From the IMG/VR virus record IMGVR_UViG_3300029305_001452, positions 75,973 to 139,972 of that record: a DNA stretch of 64,000 nucleotides. One strand, written 5' to 3'. This document shows, piece by piece, positions 45,721 to 57,601 of the stretch. A program made the position numbers and the translations under genes. The notes beneath the pieces were generated by a model. The model saw only the letters and a program-made list of their open reading frames with translations, made no database searches and was not told the DNA's origin. The stretch is from a virus (taxonomy: Duplodnaviria > Caudoviricetes). Position 1 is the first letter of the stretch. The number at the start of each line of letters is the position of its first letter.

Positions 45721-48700
45721 CTATGTAGAAACAGCAAGTGACAAACTACCATCTTGCTCTATTTTCCAAACAAAACCAGTGGTTGTGCCTTGTTCATACA
45801 TATTAATTTGTTGTTCAAATGTTGCGTTATTTTCAAATTTTGTACCTCTTTCACCTTGGAATGTCGCATTTTGAATCGTAGCAGAATTATTGCCAATATG
45901 AACAACCTCAACATCGCTTATTTCTTGGCCACTCTGATTATAATCAACACTATGAAATCCCATTCTTGTTGAGTCGATATGAACATAAAATGGATTTGTT
46001 ATATTACCATTTTCATGCGTGACCTTTTTCATAACCTTAATACCAGAGTCATCCCATTTAAAGCTTTCATTAACATTTATAATGGTATCAGTGATTGAGG
46101 ATACTGCATCGACCCAGTTTAAATTTTCGTCCGCCTTTAATATACTTCCTGCGCCGTATGAGCCATATATTTCACCGTCTGAAAGAATCCATATGTCACC
46201 CATAGAATATTCGCTTGGCATTGATGTATAAATTTTGCATCCATTTTGTTGGTCAAAATAAACCCATTCGTCATTATTGTACACCTTTAATACGTATGGC
46301 TCGATAGATGTATCTAACCACATTTGACCGTCGCTTGCGCTAGATGGCTCAACGCTACTTATAATAGTAGAGGAATCTTTTATCTCTTCTATGTCTTTAT
46401 TAACATTACCTATTTGGCTGTCAACATAATCCTCTCTGGCATATCCGTTAATACTACTGCCGCCGCCCATAGTTACAGAGCCGTCTTCATGCACTTCAAA
46501 TGCATAACTTCCATCGTCTTGCAATCCTATTTTGATTGTACCGCCGACAATATCTGAACCCTCAATATATCCAGACAAAACCGCCTCTGCAATGAGTCCG
46601 TACATTTCTCGCTCGTCTATAATAAATTGTCCAAGACCAGCACGGGATGTTTTCCAACCATCATCAGTCATCAAAATCATATTATTAACTAAACGTGTTT
46701 GATGCCGGTCTGGAGAACCATCATCATTAAGCTTTTGCAATAGTATTCCATACTTATCAATAACAACGCCTTGTGTACCATCTATAGATTTGATTTGTGT
46801 CGTTGCGTCTAAAAGTCCCTGCTGTATTTTTAAATCAGTTGCAGTTGCCTTATCAGAGCCTCTTGTCCAATAGCTTGAATTTGTCGCAACAGATTTACCA
46901 GCGCTTATAGCCTGAGATAATAAGTCTGCATGAATATCTGACTGAGTTCTTAAACTTGTTAATTCACCAAACTCACATGAGAAATCTGAAAAGTCATCAA
47001 AATTAATACTTGCTTCCAACAATCTTGATTGTTTAATGTAGTCTGATCGCAATCCAACTTTAATTACCTTGCCAAGCTGGAATTGATGAATAATAGGTTC
47101 AAATTCTTGCAAAGCATAAATATTTGCCATGGTCATAGAAAATTGCAACTGTGGCTGACATAATTTCTGCAATTCAATTCTACCGCTTTCCATAGCGTCT
47201 TGTTTGACTTTAAAAGAACTAGATAAATTATCTTGACTTGTTTCGATAATATCATCAAGATGCAATTCATCCTCACGTAAGAATGCACCAAGTCTAATTA
47301 ATTGTCCTTCCGTGAAATTATTACTCATTAAAAGACCATTGCTAATATCAGAGTTTGCCTTTTGAAAAGTATCTCTTTGTTTCTTATAGCCGGAAATAAC
47401 CTTGTCTCTCTTAGCAATGGCAGAATTGATGGAATTAATAAATAATACAACGGGATCATAATACCCATCATTTTCACTACTCTTTATAGACCAACCTGCT
47501 TCTATATTGGTTTCTTGAATAGTTTTATATGAAGCAAGATATAGCGTTGTTAATGGTGTTCTACCAACTTCATTCCACATTTCTCCTAAGAAATTATAAA
47601 TAGCAGATTCTCTATCATTATCAGATGTAGCATTTTGAAGACCGTTAACAAGATATGATATTTTATATGTTTCCATAAATTTAAAACTATCAGATAATCC
47701 ATTAATTTCATCTAATGCATTTTTAATTTTTTCATCTTGATTATGAAAATATGCGTAGTAATAATTCTTTAAAGCGTAATATAAATCGCTAACCTTTTCT
47801 TCATTTAGATTAGTGGTTGAATTTGAATAATAATCTACGCCAACCCTATATTCGCTTGGCAAAGAAACCTCTGTATAATAGTAACTGCCATCAGAATTTT
47901 CTTGTCTAGTATAATATGTGCCCACCGTTCCACTATGAACACTACTCACTAAAGAATATTCGAGTGATAATCTATTTTCTTCATAAGAAATATAATCATT
48001 AAGCTTTAAAATTTCTTGTGAATTATTAGTGTATTCAGACTGAGCCAAATTTGATTTTTGCAAATATTTTGTATATGCATCATAAAGATCTTGTCCCATC
48101 CAATCCACCGTATAATAATATGACAAGTCGGTTAAATATGGGAGCCCTAAATTAACCTCACGAATATCATAATCGTCTCCGTAAGTAACAGTAAGAACCG
48201 TTTTAATCGCGTCAGCGTCATAATTAATATTAACCTCTTGCGCAAGATTATCAAAAGTTACAAACACATCTGTTTCCCATTCTGTTAACGCTCCGTCAAT
48301 AACCTCAATACGGGCTCCGGATTCAGGAATATCTTCTAAAATTAACGAACCGGTTGATGAATTATATTTCCATCTTGTAGTCTTATATCCGTCAATGGAC
48401 ACGGTATTAATTTGTTCAAATGGTGGAGAAATTGTATATGTATTAGTTTTACCATCAGCTATAAATTTTGCAGTTAATGACTCGGCGTAAATATTAATAG
48501 TGTTATTAATGGTATCGAATACAATATAACAATTAAATTTTTCACAAACTTCATTCATTAAGAAGTCATAAACCGATTCCCTATCAACTTCGAATTGACG
48601 GCTAAGTGATTGTAGTTGTTTGTCTACATGGCCTATTTTCCATCCATAAACTTTTTCTAATGCAAGATGCAACAAACTTAAATTTTTATTATTAGGGTTA

Positions 48701-49146
48701 TATAAAGTAATGGGTATAATTTCCTTTTCAGATGGTGCATTAATTACTTCTATAGAGTCTGCCGTACCCCTATTTACATAAAAATTTTCAAGATATTTTT
48801 GTGACAATGTATATTCTAAACTATATGCCTTGCAAGACTTTTTTTCTTCAATTCCATTTGAAATTAGTTCTGGTCCTTGCAACTCAAAATAACCAAAATT
48901 TTCTAGTTCGATTAATCTTATTGCTTCTATTTTATCATAAAATTTATTAACTTTTGTTTCTCCTTTTATAAGGTCGTTATAAGTTCTACCTACATCAAAA
49001 GATAATTCGCTATAAGAATTAAACTTAAACGATCCACTCATATTACTTGTTTCTAATCTACATATTCTTTCTTTGTCTACTTCGCATAAATAGCAATTTG
49101 GTTTTGTATAAATTTCAGGTACAAGTAAGTTTTTTGGAAATCTCAT
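45721..49146 (-). CDS. Baseplate hub / tail-associated (Tal-like) protein
   Basis: Position after Dit; size and composition. Confidence 0.75.
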   Translation of the reverse strand: MRFPKNLLVPEIYTKPNCYLCEVDKERICRLETSNMSGSFKFNSYSELSFDVGRTYNDLIKGETKVNKFYDKIEAIRLIELENFGYFELQGPELISNGIEEKKSCKAYSLEYTLSQKYLENFYVNRGTADSIEVINAPSEKEIIPITLYNPNNKNLSLLHLALEKVYGWKIGHVDKQLQSLSRQFEVDRESVYDFLMNEVCEKFNCYIVFDTINNTINIYAESLTAKFIADGKTNTYTISPPFEQINTVSIDGYKTTRWKYNSSTGSLILEDIPESGARIEVIDGALTEWETDVFVTFDNLAQEVNINYDADAIKTVLTVTYGDDYDIREVNLGLPYLTDLSYYYTVDWMGQDLYDAYTKYLQKSNLAQSEYTNNSQEILKLNDYISYEENRLSLEYSLVSSVHSGTVGTYYTRQENSDGSYYYTEVSLPSEYRVGVDYYSNSTTNLNEEKVSDLYYALKNYYYAYFHNQDEKIKNALDEINGLSDSFKFMETYKISYLVNGLQNATSDNDRESAIYNFLGEMWNEVGRTPLTTLYLASYKTIQETNIEAGWSIKSSENDGYYDPVVLFINSINSAIAKRDKVISGYKKQRDTFQKANSDISNGLLMSNNFTEGQLIRLGAFLREDELHLDDIIETSQDNLSSSFKVKQDAMESGRIELQKLCQPQLQFSMTMANIYALQEFEPIIHQFQLGKVIKVGLRSDYIKQSRLLEASINFDDFSDFSCEFGELTSLRTQSDIHADLLSQAISAGKSVATNSSYWTRGSDKATATDLKIQQGLLDATTQIKSIDGTQGVVIDKYGILLQKLNDDGSPDRHQTRLVNNMILMTDDGWKTSRAGLGQFIIDEREMYGLIAEAVLSGYIEGSDIVGGTIKIGLQDDGSYAFEVHEDGSVTMGGGSSINGYAREDYVDSQIGNVNKDIEEIKDSSTIISSVEPSSASDGQMWLDTSIEPYVLKVYNNDEWVYFDQQNGCKIYTSMPSEYSMGDIWILSDGEIYGSYGAGSILKADENLNWVDAVSSITDTIINVNESFKWDDSGIKVMKKVTHENGNITNPFYVHIDSTRMGFHSVDYNQSGQEISDVEVVHIGNNSATIQNATFQGERGTKFENNATFEQQINMYEQGTTTGFVWKIEQDGSLSLAVST

Positions 49147-49177
49147 AAATCAACCTCCTCTCTTAATCTTATTTTCT

Positions 49178-50230
49178 TTATATTTTATTCCAAAGCACTG
49201 TCTGCAACATTTCGCTCAACTTATCTTTATCAACAGAACAAACAATCTCGCAAACTGTGTTGTCAATAAATTCTTCAATTTCCATTGCGCAATCTCCAAT
49301 TTTAATTGGATATCTATAAGAAAAACTAATAAGACCCTTTCCAGATCCGTCAATAACAAGTTCGTTAATGCCAGGAGCCAACTTTGGCCATACAAAGTTA
49401 AAGCTATTACCAAAAATTTTATTTGGCACATCTGATATAATAAACTGTTCTGAGCTAAGTGTAATTAGTTCATTTTTTACCATACCTTTAATAATTGTTT
49501 CTTCATTTATTGTTTTATTTTTAATAGAAAGATAATCACTATTATCATTTTGGAAAACAGTGTCTAAATAAATTGGTGTGTATAAATCATCTGTTTGATT
49601 ATCAATTTTCAAAACAGTAGAATTTTCAATACATATAGTACCGTCGTTAGCTATCTGAAATAGACCTGCACCGCCATCTGTTCCATTATATAAAACACCA
49701 CTTTCTGTAATGTCAAGTAATGCATCATCTTCTCCCTTGCTTAATAAACCATTTTCATTTACTGATAATGCCTGACCAAATGAGCAGTTAAAAGTTTGTA
49801 TGGACGAATACGCCCAAGGACTAACAGATGTAAATTCTATTGATAAACCAATTGTTCTGGCATCTAGTTTATGTTGATAAACATTTGTAACACGGCCAAG
49901 AAATGAATATGCAGGATTGTGCTCAAGAACTAAATCTAAATACGAAATATTACGAACGCCAGTTGTCCATCTTAAAAAATCACGCACATCTGACAATGAA
50001 AAATCTTTACCACTTTCTTTTATTACTGTTATTTTAATAACCGATACAGAATTAAATTTTGCACCATAATCAAATCTACGTGTTCCATCATATTTTTCTG
50101 TGTAAATTGGGTCCATTCCTAAAAAAGTATCCATTTCTCCGTCGTCTGCATCAAAAGACGCAACGATAAGGTGTTTGTCAATTAGGCTATTAAACCCCAT
50201 ATAATTAAAACTAGGATAATAAGATGACAT
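49178..50230 (-). CDS. Distal tail protein (Dit)
   Basis: Follows the TMP; F.YMG.NS start, SPWAYS, WPKLAPGINEL. Confidence 0.8.
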   Translation of the reverse strand: MSSYYPSFNYMGFNSLIDKHLIVASFDADDGEMDTFLGMDPIYTEKYDGTRRFDYGAKFNSVSVIKITVIKESGKDFSLSDVRDFLRWTTGVRNISYLDLVLEHNPAYSFLGRVTNVYQHKLDARTIGLSIEFTSVSPWAYSSIQTFNCSFGQALSVNENGLLSKGEDDALLDITESGVLYNGTDGGAGLFQIANDGTICIENSTVLKIDNQTDDLYTPIYLDTVFQNDNSDYLSIKNKTINEETIIKGMVKNELITLSSEQFIISDVPNKIFGNSFNFVWPKLAPGINELVIDGSGKGLISFSYRYPIKIGDCAMEIEEFIDNTVCEIVCSVDKDKLSEMLQTVLWNKI

Positions 50231-50259
50231 TAGGTCACCTCCTTATAAACTACTACATT

Positions 50260-50291
50260 AAAATAGGAGAGAGCCTTTCGACTCTCTCCAT
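50260..50291 (-). terminator. Hairpin after the tape-measure gene
   Basis: GGAGAGAGTC-GAAA-GGCTCTCTCC plus T run on the - strand. Confidence 0.65.
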
Positions 50292-50299
50292 AAACCTAT

Positions 50300-53200
50300 T
50301 TATCGAACCTTCGCTTTAATAGCATTATTAAGCTGAGCCATATAATTGTCCATTTGCTTTTTAACAGCCTTAGTCAAATCTGGAATAGTGTCATTATTTA
50401 CAGAATCAATATGTACTACCTCGGCAATACTCATATTAATTTCCGTAGTATTATTAACAACACTTGGATTCATACCGATTTGTGGCGTACTACGATTTAA
50501 AACTTCTGACGGATCTAGTTTGCCAAGAGCCATTAGATTTTCAGAAATATCGTTAGGAATTACGGCCGTGCCTTTGGTTAAATACTGCAATCTGCCATTT
50601 GGACCAGCGTGCATAACAAGTTCTTCGCCCAATTCATCAATCAATGCTAACTCGTTACTCTTTGTACCAAACGTACCCTTTGCATATGCTTTTACGTCGG
50701 ACTTCTTAAACCAGCCAGTTGCGCCAGACTTTAGCTTATGATGACGTACTAGTAGATATCCGTTTTTCTCTTGTAAAACAGTATATATTGGATCTGATGA
50801 GAAATACTGTTTACCACCACCGGTACCACTAGAGGTTGCATAAATTCTAGCACTGCCAGCATTAATTTTACCACCAACAACGATTTGTTTTTCTTTTGGT
50901 TTTGTCTTATTGGTTGTCGTACTTGTTGTGGGTTTAGCAGAAGCAGGTTCTTTCTTAGCAGCGGCTGCATAACTTGCGTTTTCTTTGTTAATATTATTTA
51001 AGTTTATATTAGCAGTCTCAGCCATCTTATCAATTACTTCTTGCCACTTGTTCTTTAGCGCCTCTAATTGATCCATGGTTGAACTCATAGCTGTATCAAA
51101 TTTAGTTTGGTAGTCACTTACTGCAATTGATCCATCTTGCCATGGAGTCATAATCGCATCAGAAAGAGTTAAGTCATACTCCTGTGCTTTTGCGTTAAGA
51201 GTATCATAAATACCTAACGCATTTGCCTGTACGGTAGTAAGGCTATCAGCAACAACTAACTCTACATTTGTGAGATATTCTTCCCACTTTGTAAGCTCTG
51301 CATCTTTTTCTGCATTGAAATCTTCCAGTTCTTTATCTAGAGCAGTTTTCTTATCCTCAATTGAACGATTGTAATATGTGTCTTGTAATTCATACTGGGC
51401 TTCTGCGAGTTCAGCTTCTAATTGTTTACGCTTTGCAGCTGCTGATAAAGAATTATCATTTGCCAAAGCAGCCAATTGACGCTCAATATCAGAAATATTC
51501 TTTTGTTGTTCCATTGTGGATTTTTGGAAGTCATAAAGGTCTTTTTCTGCATCTAGCTCTTCCTTCTTCTTCTCAATCAACTCTTCGTAAGCTTCAATTT
51601 CTTTTTCTATGCCGTTTTTAATTGAATCAATACGAGCTTCATTAAGTTCGACAATGGCGTCTTGAGCCTCATAGTATGCCTCAATATTTTCACACTGTGC
51701 TTCTTTTAGTTCGTTTAACTTTTCGGCATATTCATTTTCACTATATAGACCCTTATTGAAATCAGCAGTTAAATCATCAATAGCTTCGGCATACTGTCTT
51801 GCGGTGTATTCCGCAATCTCCATTTGCTGTGCATGAAGACCAAGAGATGCCAATCCTTCATCTGTCCAATCCACATCATCAGCAGTCCAATATTCAACCG
51901 TTCCGCCCTTATATTTTCTCTTTTGTGGATCAGTAATTAAATCATCACTATCCATAAGATCAATTAGGCTTTGAGTTTCATCCTTTAGATAATCAAGACG
52001 ACTAATTAGCTGATCAAAGTTCTCCCAATAAATATCATTAATTGCATTCTGGAACTCTTCTAGTTCTTTTGTTGCTTCAGCAATCTCGGCGTCAACCTGA
52101 TATAACTGATCGATCATTTCATACCATTCGTTTGAACCATTTTCAATTTGACCAGCTTCAACCGCTTCATTTAATACTTTTTGCATTTCTTTGTATGTAT
52201 CGGTTAAATATTCAATCTTCTTATAAGAGTTCTCGAACATACCAGTAGAGCCGTCTGCTTTTCCGTTATTGATACCATAGTATACAGAAGAAGCAATTTC
52301 GCCCATCTCTTCAAGTAGGTCAACCTGATTTTGCAATTTTTCAGTTTGACTGTTTTCTACTGTAGTTCTAACGTCACCAGCTTCATAGACATTATCGAAC
52401 TTCTGTATTGCTAAGTCTCTGATTTCTGTCTTGACTTCCTCTAGTTGTTGTTTTAAATCAGCGACCTTTTGCGCCCACTCACGATAGTTGTTGATTGCTT
52501 CGAGAGTAGCTTCATCTGCCTCGCCTGCAAATTGAGTAATTGCTATTGCGCCATCTTGTGCCGCTTCTTTGTATTTTTCTGGAACTTTTGTAAGAAGTTT
52601 TGCAGCATATTCGGCATATTCTTCAATACCAGCCGATAGGTTTTTCATTTTTGTTTCGTTTATTCCAATTATTTTATCTATGATATTATTTTTTCCCGAA
52701 TAACTTGCCGCATTTTCTATTTGCGCCGTTAAAAGACTTATTGCTTCATTTAGCTCCTCAATACGCACTTCAATCCAGTCGAAGACTTCTTTAAATTCAT
52801 CTGCTGCATCAGAAATAGAATCAGCTGCGTTAGACAGAGAATCGGCAGCGTCTGAAAGATTTGTATATGGATCCATCCAATTTTCTGAACCATTCTCAAA
52901 TACATCATTATCTCCTACATAAGCATCAAATGTTCTATAATAAGCCGTGCCACTAGCAAATGCTCCACCGGTCATTTTGCCACGACTGGTTACATATCCT
53001 TTAGATAATAAGTCTTCTGTCTGCTTATGGTTGAATATAATATCGCCCTTTTTAACCTGGGTAAATTCAGCTCCATGATCGCCAACAGTAAACCACCTAT
53101 TACCTCTTACAATCATTTCTGGACCAAGCTCTCCAGTCAAAGCAACTTCAGTTTTTGGAGCACCCCAATCACCATTTGCATTCGCGGTTCCATAGGCATG

Positions 53201-56200
53201 TGCAGTGCCATTTGCCTCAGATTCCCATGATTGTGTTGAAGAATTCCATTTTTTAGTTTGCTTATAAGTTGTTTCATTTACAGAGATATCAATGGTTTTA
53301 TCTTTTAATTTATCTAACTCATCAAATACCGAATCTATTGCAGATATTGCAACAGGAACACCCTGAATGAGAATTTTTGGCTCTTTATCATCGACAGTTA
53401 GAGCATTTGCGTCTTGAACTGCTTGTTGTAGCTGCTCTGTATCACCAGAAATGTTAATACTTAAGCCATTAGTTTCCCATGTTGTTAATTTTTCAAGAGT
53501 GCCAGCGCTTTGTTCAGCAGTGGTAGCAGTAATATTATAATTTAACGATATTGTTTGCTGTTCTGCCGTTAATTCAGCAATTTTTGAATCAACATCATTC
53601 TGGTTTGAAAAACCAAGGTTTATTGCTATCTCAGATTCTAGACCCTTCTCTTGTAACTCAGCTATCTGGGCATCAATAGCATCATAACGAAGTTGCATAT
53701 CCATAACAGTAGGATTAGATGTAATTCCGTCCGCCTGTTCTTTTAATTGCTTCAGCTGCTCTTCGGTCATATGAATTGTGCCGTCATCATCGACTTGTAC
53801 TGTTACATTACCATTTTCGTCAACAAAGCCTAAAGACCTAAATAAGCTATCGGCGGCATCTTTTGTTAATTTAATTTCGCCAGCTAATGCAGCGTATGCG
53901 GTCTCAATTTGGTTGTATTGCTGTGCGTTTAATGCTGCTGCATTAGTTGCATCATCTAATGCTTTTTGTGCAGAATTAACATTATCAACCAACGTCTTGT
54001 ATTCGTCGCTATTTAAATCTCCACCACTTCTTATAAATTCTTCCTGTGCGATTAAGGCGTCGTCAAGAGCGTCCGTTGCATTGACAATTTCTTTATCTAA
54101 CTCAGTTGTAGTTAAGTCGGAAATAATATTGCCCCAGCTTGCATCATATTTTTCTAATTCTGTAAGCATTGCTAGTGCAACTGCTTCGGTAACACCCAAT
54201 TCTGTCGCAAATGCTTCTAAGGAAGTTGCCTTATCTGTTAAGAAAAAGTCTCCAGAACTATCCTCTGTAAATAATCCAGCTCCAAAAGCATCATCAATAA
54301 AGTTATTAATGTTGTCTAACGTAATTGAAAATTGACCATCTTCAATAGTAAACCAATCAGCAAACAAAGGATTTTTGTCAATATAGTCATGAATGGCAAT
54401 CATTCTGGCTTCTATGTCATCAATATTTTCATAAGCTTCTGGTGGAACTAGTGCTTCAACAGCAAATTGGAATGCCTCTGTACCAACTTGTCCAGTCTTA
54501 AATCCCTCATTAATTGTTTGAAGCATTTCAATCATTGAATCGCCATAAGTTAATTGTGCGTCTCTTTCTTTAGCTGCCTCAAACTCTCTGTAGGCATTTG
54601 CAGCATCAGACAACTGTAGCTCAAGTAAAGCATACTGTTGAATAGTTTGCTTTAATGTAGTTAATTGAGAACGTAAAACATCGATTGTATTTAATGTGGC
54701 GTCAGACACAACACCTGTGGCTTTAACCTCTAAGGCCATTGCTTTAATGACTTGCTGTAACTGTTGAACGGTATTCTTATATTGCAACTGATTATATGCC
54801 TTTACTCCGTTAATAGTTTCTTTTTGTTCTTGTTTCTTTTGTGCGACAAGCTTCCTTATTAATGCTGTGTTTTTAACAACATAACCATTTGTTTTATCTA
54901 TGCAACTAGCAAAATCTTCTTCAAATCCAATAAGCTCTTTTAATGTATTATATTGATCTTCGGATAACTCTACATTATCATATATGGATTCATTTAAAAC
55001 TGTGTTGGCATTTGTATATTTTTCAACATTAGAAGATAATGCAGAATACGATTCACCTATTGCACTAATAGAACTTACACTATCTAACGGACGACCAGCT
55101 ATTACGCCAACTGTTACAAGCATATCAATTAAATCTTCAATACTTATTCCAACAGCATCTGCTTCGTCTTGTAGTTGTGCCAGAGCACTAACTTGCCAAC
55201 CAGTATATCCAGAAACACCAGCGTATTTACTACCACCATATTTATATGCATAGTTTGTTATTGTTGGATTATTTAATCCCCTTCTAATCATATCCTTTAT
55301 CTGATTGCTATCTAATGCAGATAAACCATTTTCACCAGCAGATTTAACTATGTCTTCAATATTAGTTCTTATTTCACTATCATCTGTTTTAAGTTTAAGC
55401 TCAAATTCTTGTGTTTCAAACTGATTGTGCATATCGGCAAAGAAGTCTTGCATATGGGCTTGAGTAGACTCTTCATCAATTATCCAAGTACCATCTTCTC
55501 CAATTGTACCTCCGGCCTCTTTAAAAGCGTCGGCTACACTTTGGTTATATGCTTCGAGCGCTACTAATTTATCACCGTCTGTTGATGCTTGATAGAATTC
55601 CTCTTGTGCATTTAGGATTGCACCATACTCATTAGCGTAATAAGCATACGCTTCATTTTGACGACCAAGATCATATAATGCTCTTGCATCCTTATAATCT
55701 TCATTAACATATTTACTTCTTAGCTTTTGAACTTCTGAAATTTCTGAACTCAAATCGATATTCTCATCGTGTGCAAACTGACCCATAAATGTTTGCATAT
55801 CTTCAAAAATAACATCTAACTCTTCTATTGTCTTGTCTCCAAAAGACGCTCTCCAATATGTGGTATATTCATCGTCGCCATAATCACTAGCCCGTGTAAA
55901 TGTTTGTGGGCTTACAACACCACCAACACCCTCAATTATTCTTTTAAGACCGTCAATATACGCCTTTTGTATTTGCGGATCAGAAGATATATTTTTTAAA
56001 TCTGCGGTCTTATTGTATTCTGTTGTTACTTCACCAGTGTTAGGATCAGTCGTTTTAGCAACGGTACCAATTTCAGATTTTAATATAAAATCAGAATTGT
56101 CGTGTGTTTTATTCAATATGTCTATTGCGTTCTGATATGCTTCTTGCTTTTCTTTATACCACTCTTCTGCAGACTTTTGTTGTAGTCTATTAATTGCATC

Positions 56201-57601
56201 TATTTGGTCTTCAATTGCACCAGTAACTAAATTAATACCTTCCGCTTCTTTTCCGAATTTATCAATTAGTTGATCTTGTATATCAATTAGCTGCGCACGT
56301 GCATCATATGATTCTTGTTCAGTAGTAGTATTGTCGGCTAATTTTTCTCTTAGCTCAACAATTGAATTTTTATAATCATCCGTACTTTCTCTTACGTCAT
56401 TCAACTTTTCTGCGGAGTCTACTGCAGAGTCTGTCAATTCACTCATACGCTCTGCTGCTTTTTTAGAATTATTTATGAGAGCGCTTATTGCTGCGGTGAC
56501 AGCGGTGATTGCTATTCCTATTACTATATTTTTAGCCATAGACTTTAACGCCATCAAAGTCTTTGTTGCTACTATATTAGCTTTTGTTGCAATAGTGTTT
56601 GCATTTATTGATTTATTCTCGGCGTCTTGTGTTATTTTGTTTTTTATATTGTTAATGCTTTCTTGTTCGTCTGCATCGGATGCAAAAAGACTCATTTTCC
56701 CCTCAAGTTCGTTTGCCATAGCCGCTTCGTTTGATGCCTCTGCGCTGCTCTTTTTTGCATCTACGGATTTGTCTATAGAACTAGTTAATACATCTACTTC
56801 ATTAGCAGCATCTTTAGCTTTTTTGCCAAAAATCTGAAAAGCGTTATCTGCCGTAACGCCATCCCAAGAAGCTTTTATATCATTAAGCGCACCCTTTAAT
56901 GGCAATAAAGTTCCTGCAAGAGATGGTAATAAACCCACCGAGTCAACCATCTTAATAATTGCCGTACCAATATCGACAATATTCTTTGCGACATCAGAGT
57001 CAATAAAGTTCATCCACATAGTCTGTAAAGAATTGGTAAAGAGATCAATACGACCTTGAATTGAATCTAAATATGTATCCAATTCATGCATTGCGGATCC
57101 AGAAGCCTTACTTGCAGAAGTATAAGCATCTTCTAAAACATCTCCATTTTGGAACAAGGCTGCAACTACGCTACCACGAGTTTTACCAGCTACTAATTCC
57201 AATAACGCTGCCTGAGATGTATCGTCCATTTCTTTCCAAACTTTAGAGATGGCAAGTAAAATATCATATGTTGATTTAAATTCGCCAGACTCTGTTAAAA
57301 TATTAATGCCACCTTTGCCATCAATATTAGTAAGAGCCATAATTTTTTCTTGTAATTTTGCGGTATTTGTAACCATTCCTTCTGTGTCTTCGCCAGCTTC
57401 TTCTAGTTCTGTTTTTACACCACGAATACGCATAGACACAACTTTTAGTGCATTACCAACGGCTTCAGGATCTTGAATCGTAGTATTGGCTGCGGTGGTC
57501 ATAGCAATAGACTGCTCTAATGAGTTATTTGCAGCAACTAGAGCAGCAGAAGAACGTGTTAAACTTTCCGCCAAGTCACTTGTACTTATCGCATAGTTGT
57601 T
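50300..57601 (-). CDS. Tape measure protein, exon 3
   Basis: NNYAIST..LAESL...GNALKVVSMRIRG TMP core; long coiled coil; ELGPE motifs; SH3-like domain near the C-terminus. Confidence 0.9.
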   Translation of the reverse strand, partial: NNYAISTSDLAESLTRSSAALVAANNSLEQSIAMTTAANTTIQDPEAVGNALKVVSMRIRGVKTELEEAGEDTEGMVTNTAKLQEKIMALTNIDGKGGINILTESGEFKSTYDILLAISKVWKEMDDTSQAALLELVAGKTRGSVVAALFQNGDVLEDAYTSASKASGSAMHELDTYLDSIQGRIDLFTNSLQTMWMNFIDSDVAKNIVDIGTAIIKMVDSVGLLPSLAGTLLPLKGALNDIKASWDGVTADNAFQIFGKKAKDAANEVDVLTSSIDKSVDAKKSSAEASNEAAMANELEGKMSLFASDADEQESINNIKNKITQDAENKSINANTIATKANIVATKTLMALKSMAKNIVIGIAITAVTAAISALINNSKKAAERMSELTDSAVDSAEKLNDVRESTDDYKNSIVELREKLADNTTTEQESYDARAQLIDIQDQLIDKFGKEAEGINLVTGAIEDQIDAINRLQQKSAEEWYKEKQEAYQNAIDILNKTHDNSDFILKSEIGTVAKTTDPNTGEVTTEYNKTADLKNISSDPQIQKAYIDGLKRIIEGVGGVVSPQTFTRASDYGDDEYTTYWRASFGDKTIEELDVIFEDMQTFMGQFAHDENIDLSSEISEVQKLRSKYVNEDYKDARALYDLGRQNEAYAYYANEYGAILNAQEEFYQASTDGDKLVALEAYNQSVADAFKEAGGTIGEDGTWIIDEESTQAHMQDFFADMHNQFETQEFELKLKTDDSEIRTNIEDIVKSAGENGLSALDSNQIKDMIRRGLNNPTITNYAYKYGGSKYAGVSGYTGWQVSALAQLQDEADAVGISIEDLIDMLVTVGVIAGRPLDSVSSISAIGESYSALSSNVEKYTNANTVLNESIYDNVELSEDQYNTLKELIGFEEDFASCIDKTNGYVVKNTALIRKLVAQKKQEQKETINGVKAYNQLQYKNTVQQLQQVIKAMALEVKATGVVSDATLNTIDVLRSQLTTLKQTIQQYALLELQLSDAANAYREFEAAKERDAQLTYGDSMIEMLQTINEGFKTGQVGTEAFQFAVEALVPPEAYENIDDIEARMIAIHDYIDKNPLFADWFTIEDGQFSITLDNINNFIDDAFGAGLFTEDSSGDFFLTDKATSLEAFATELGVTEAVALAMLTELEKYDASWGNIISDLTTTELDKEIVNATDALDDALIAQEEFIRSGGDLNSDEYKTLVDNVNSAQKALDDATNAAALNAQQYNQIETAYAALAGEIKLTKDAADSLFRSLGFVDENGNVTVQVDDDGTIHMTEEQLKQLKEQADGITSNPTVMDMQLRYDAIDAQIAELQEKGLESEIAINLGFSNQNDVDSKIAELTAEQQTISLNYNITATTAEQSAGTLEKLTTWETNGLSINISGDTEQLQQAVQDANALTVDDKEPKILIQGVPVAISAIDSVFDELDKLKDKTIDISVNETTYKQTKKWNSSTQSWESEANGTAHAYGTANANGDWGAPKTEVALTGELGPEMIVRGNRWFTVGDHGAEFTQVKKGDIIFNHKQTEDLLSKGYVTSRGKMTGGAFASGTAYYRTFDAYVGDNDVFENGSENWMDPYTNLSDAADSLSNAADSISDAADEFKEVFDWIEVRIEELNEAISLLTAQIENAASYSGKNNIIDKIIGINETKMKNLSAGIEEYAEYAAKLLTKVPEKYKEAAQDGAIAITQFAGEADEATLEAINNYREWAQKVADLKQQLEEVKTEIRDLAIQKFDNVYEAGDVRTTVENSQTEKLQNQVDLLEEMGEIASSVYYGINNGKADGSTGMFENSYKKIEYLTDTYKEMQKVLNEAVEAGQIENGSNEWYEMIDQLYQVDAEIAEATKELEEFQNAINDIYWENFDQLISRLDYLKDETQSLIDLMDSDDLITDPQKRKYKGGTVEYWTADDVDWTDEGLASLGLHAQQMEIAEYTARQYAEAIDDLTADFNKGLYSENEYAEKLNELKEAQCENIEAYYEAQDAIVELNEARIDSIKNGIEKEIEAYEELIEKKKEELDAEKDLYDFQKSTMEQQKNISDIERQLAALANDNSLSAAAKRKQLEAELAEAQYELQDTYYNRSIEDKKTALDKELEDFNAEKDAELTKWEEYLTNVELVVADSLTTVQANALGIYDTLNAKAQEYDLTLSDAIMTPWQDGSIAVSDYQTKFDTAMSSTMDQLEALKNKWQEVIDKMAETANINLNNINKENASYAAAAKKEPASAKPTTSTTTNKTKPKEKQIVVGGKINAGSARIYATSSGTGGGKQYFSSDPIYTVLQEKNGYLLVRHHKLKSGATGWFKKSDVKAYAKGTFGTKSNELALIDELGEELVMHAGPNGRLQYLTKGTAVIPNDISENLMALGKLDPSEVLNRSTPQIGMNPSVVNNTTEINMSIAEVVHIDSVNNDTIPDLTKAVKKQMDNYMAQLNNAIKAKVR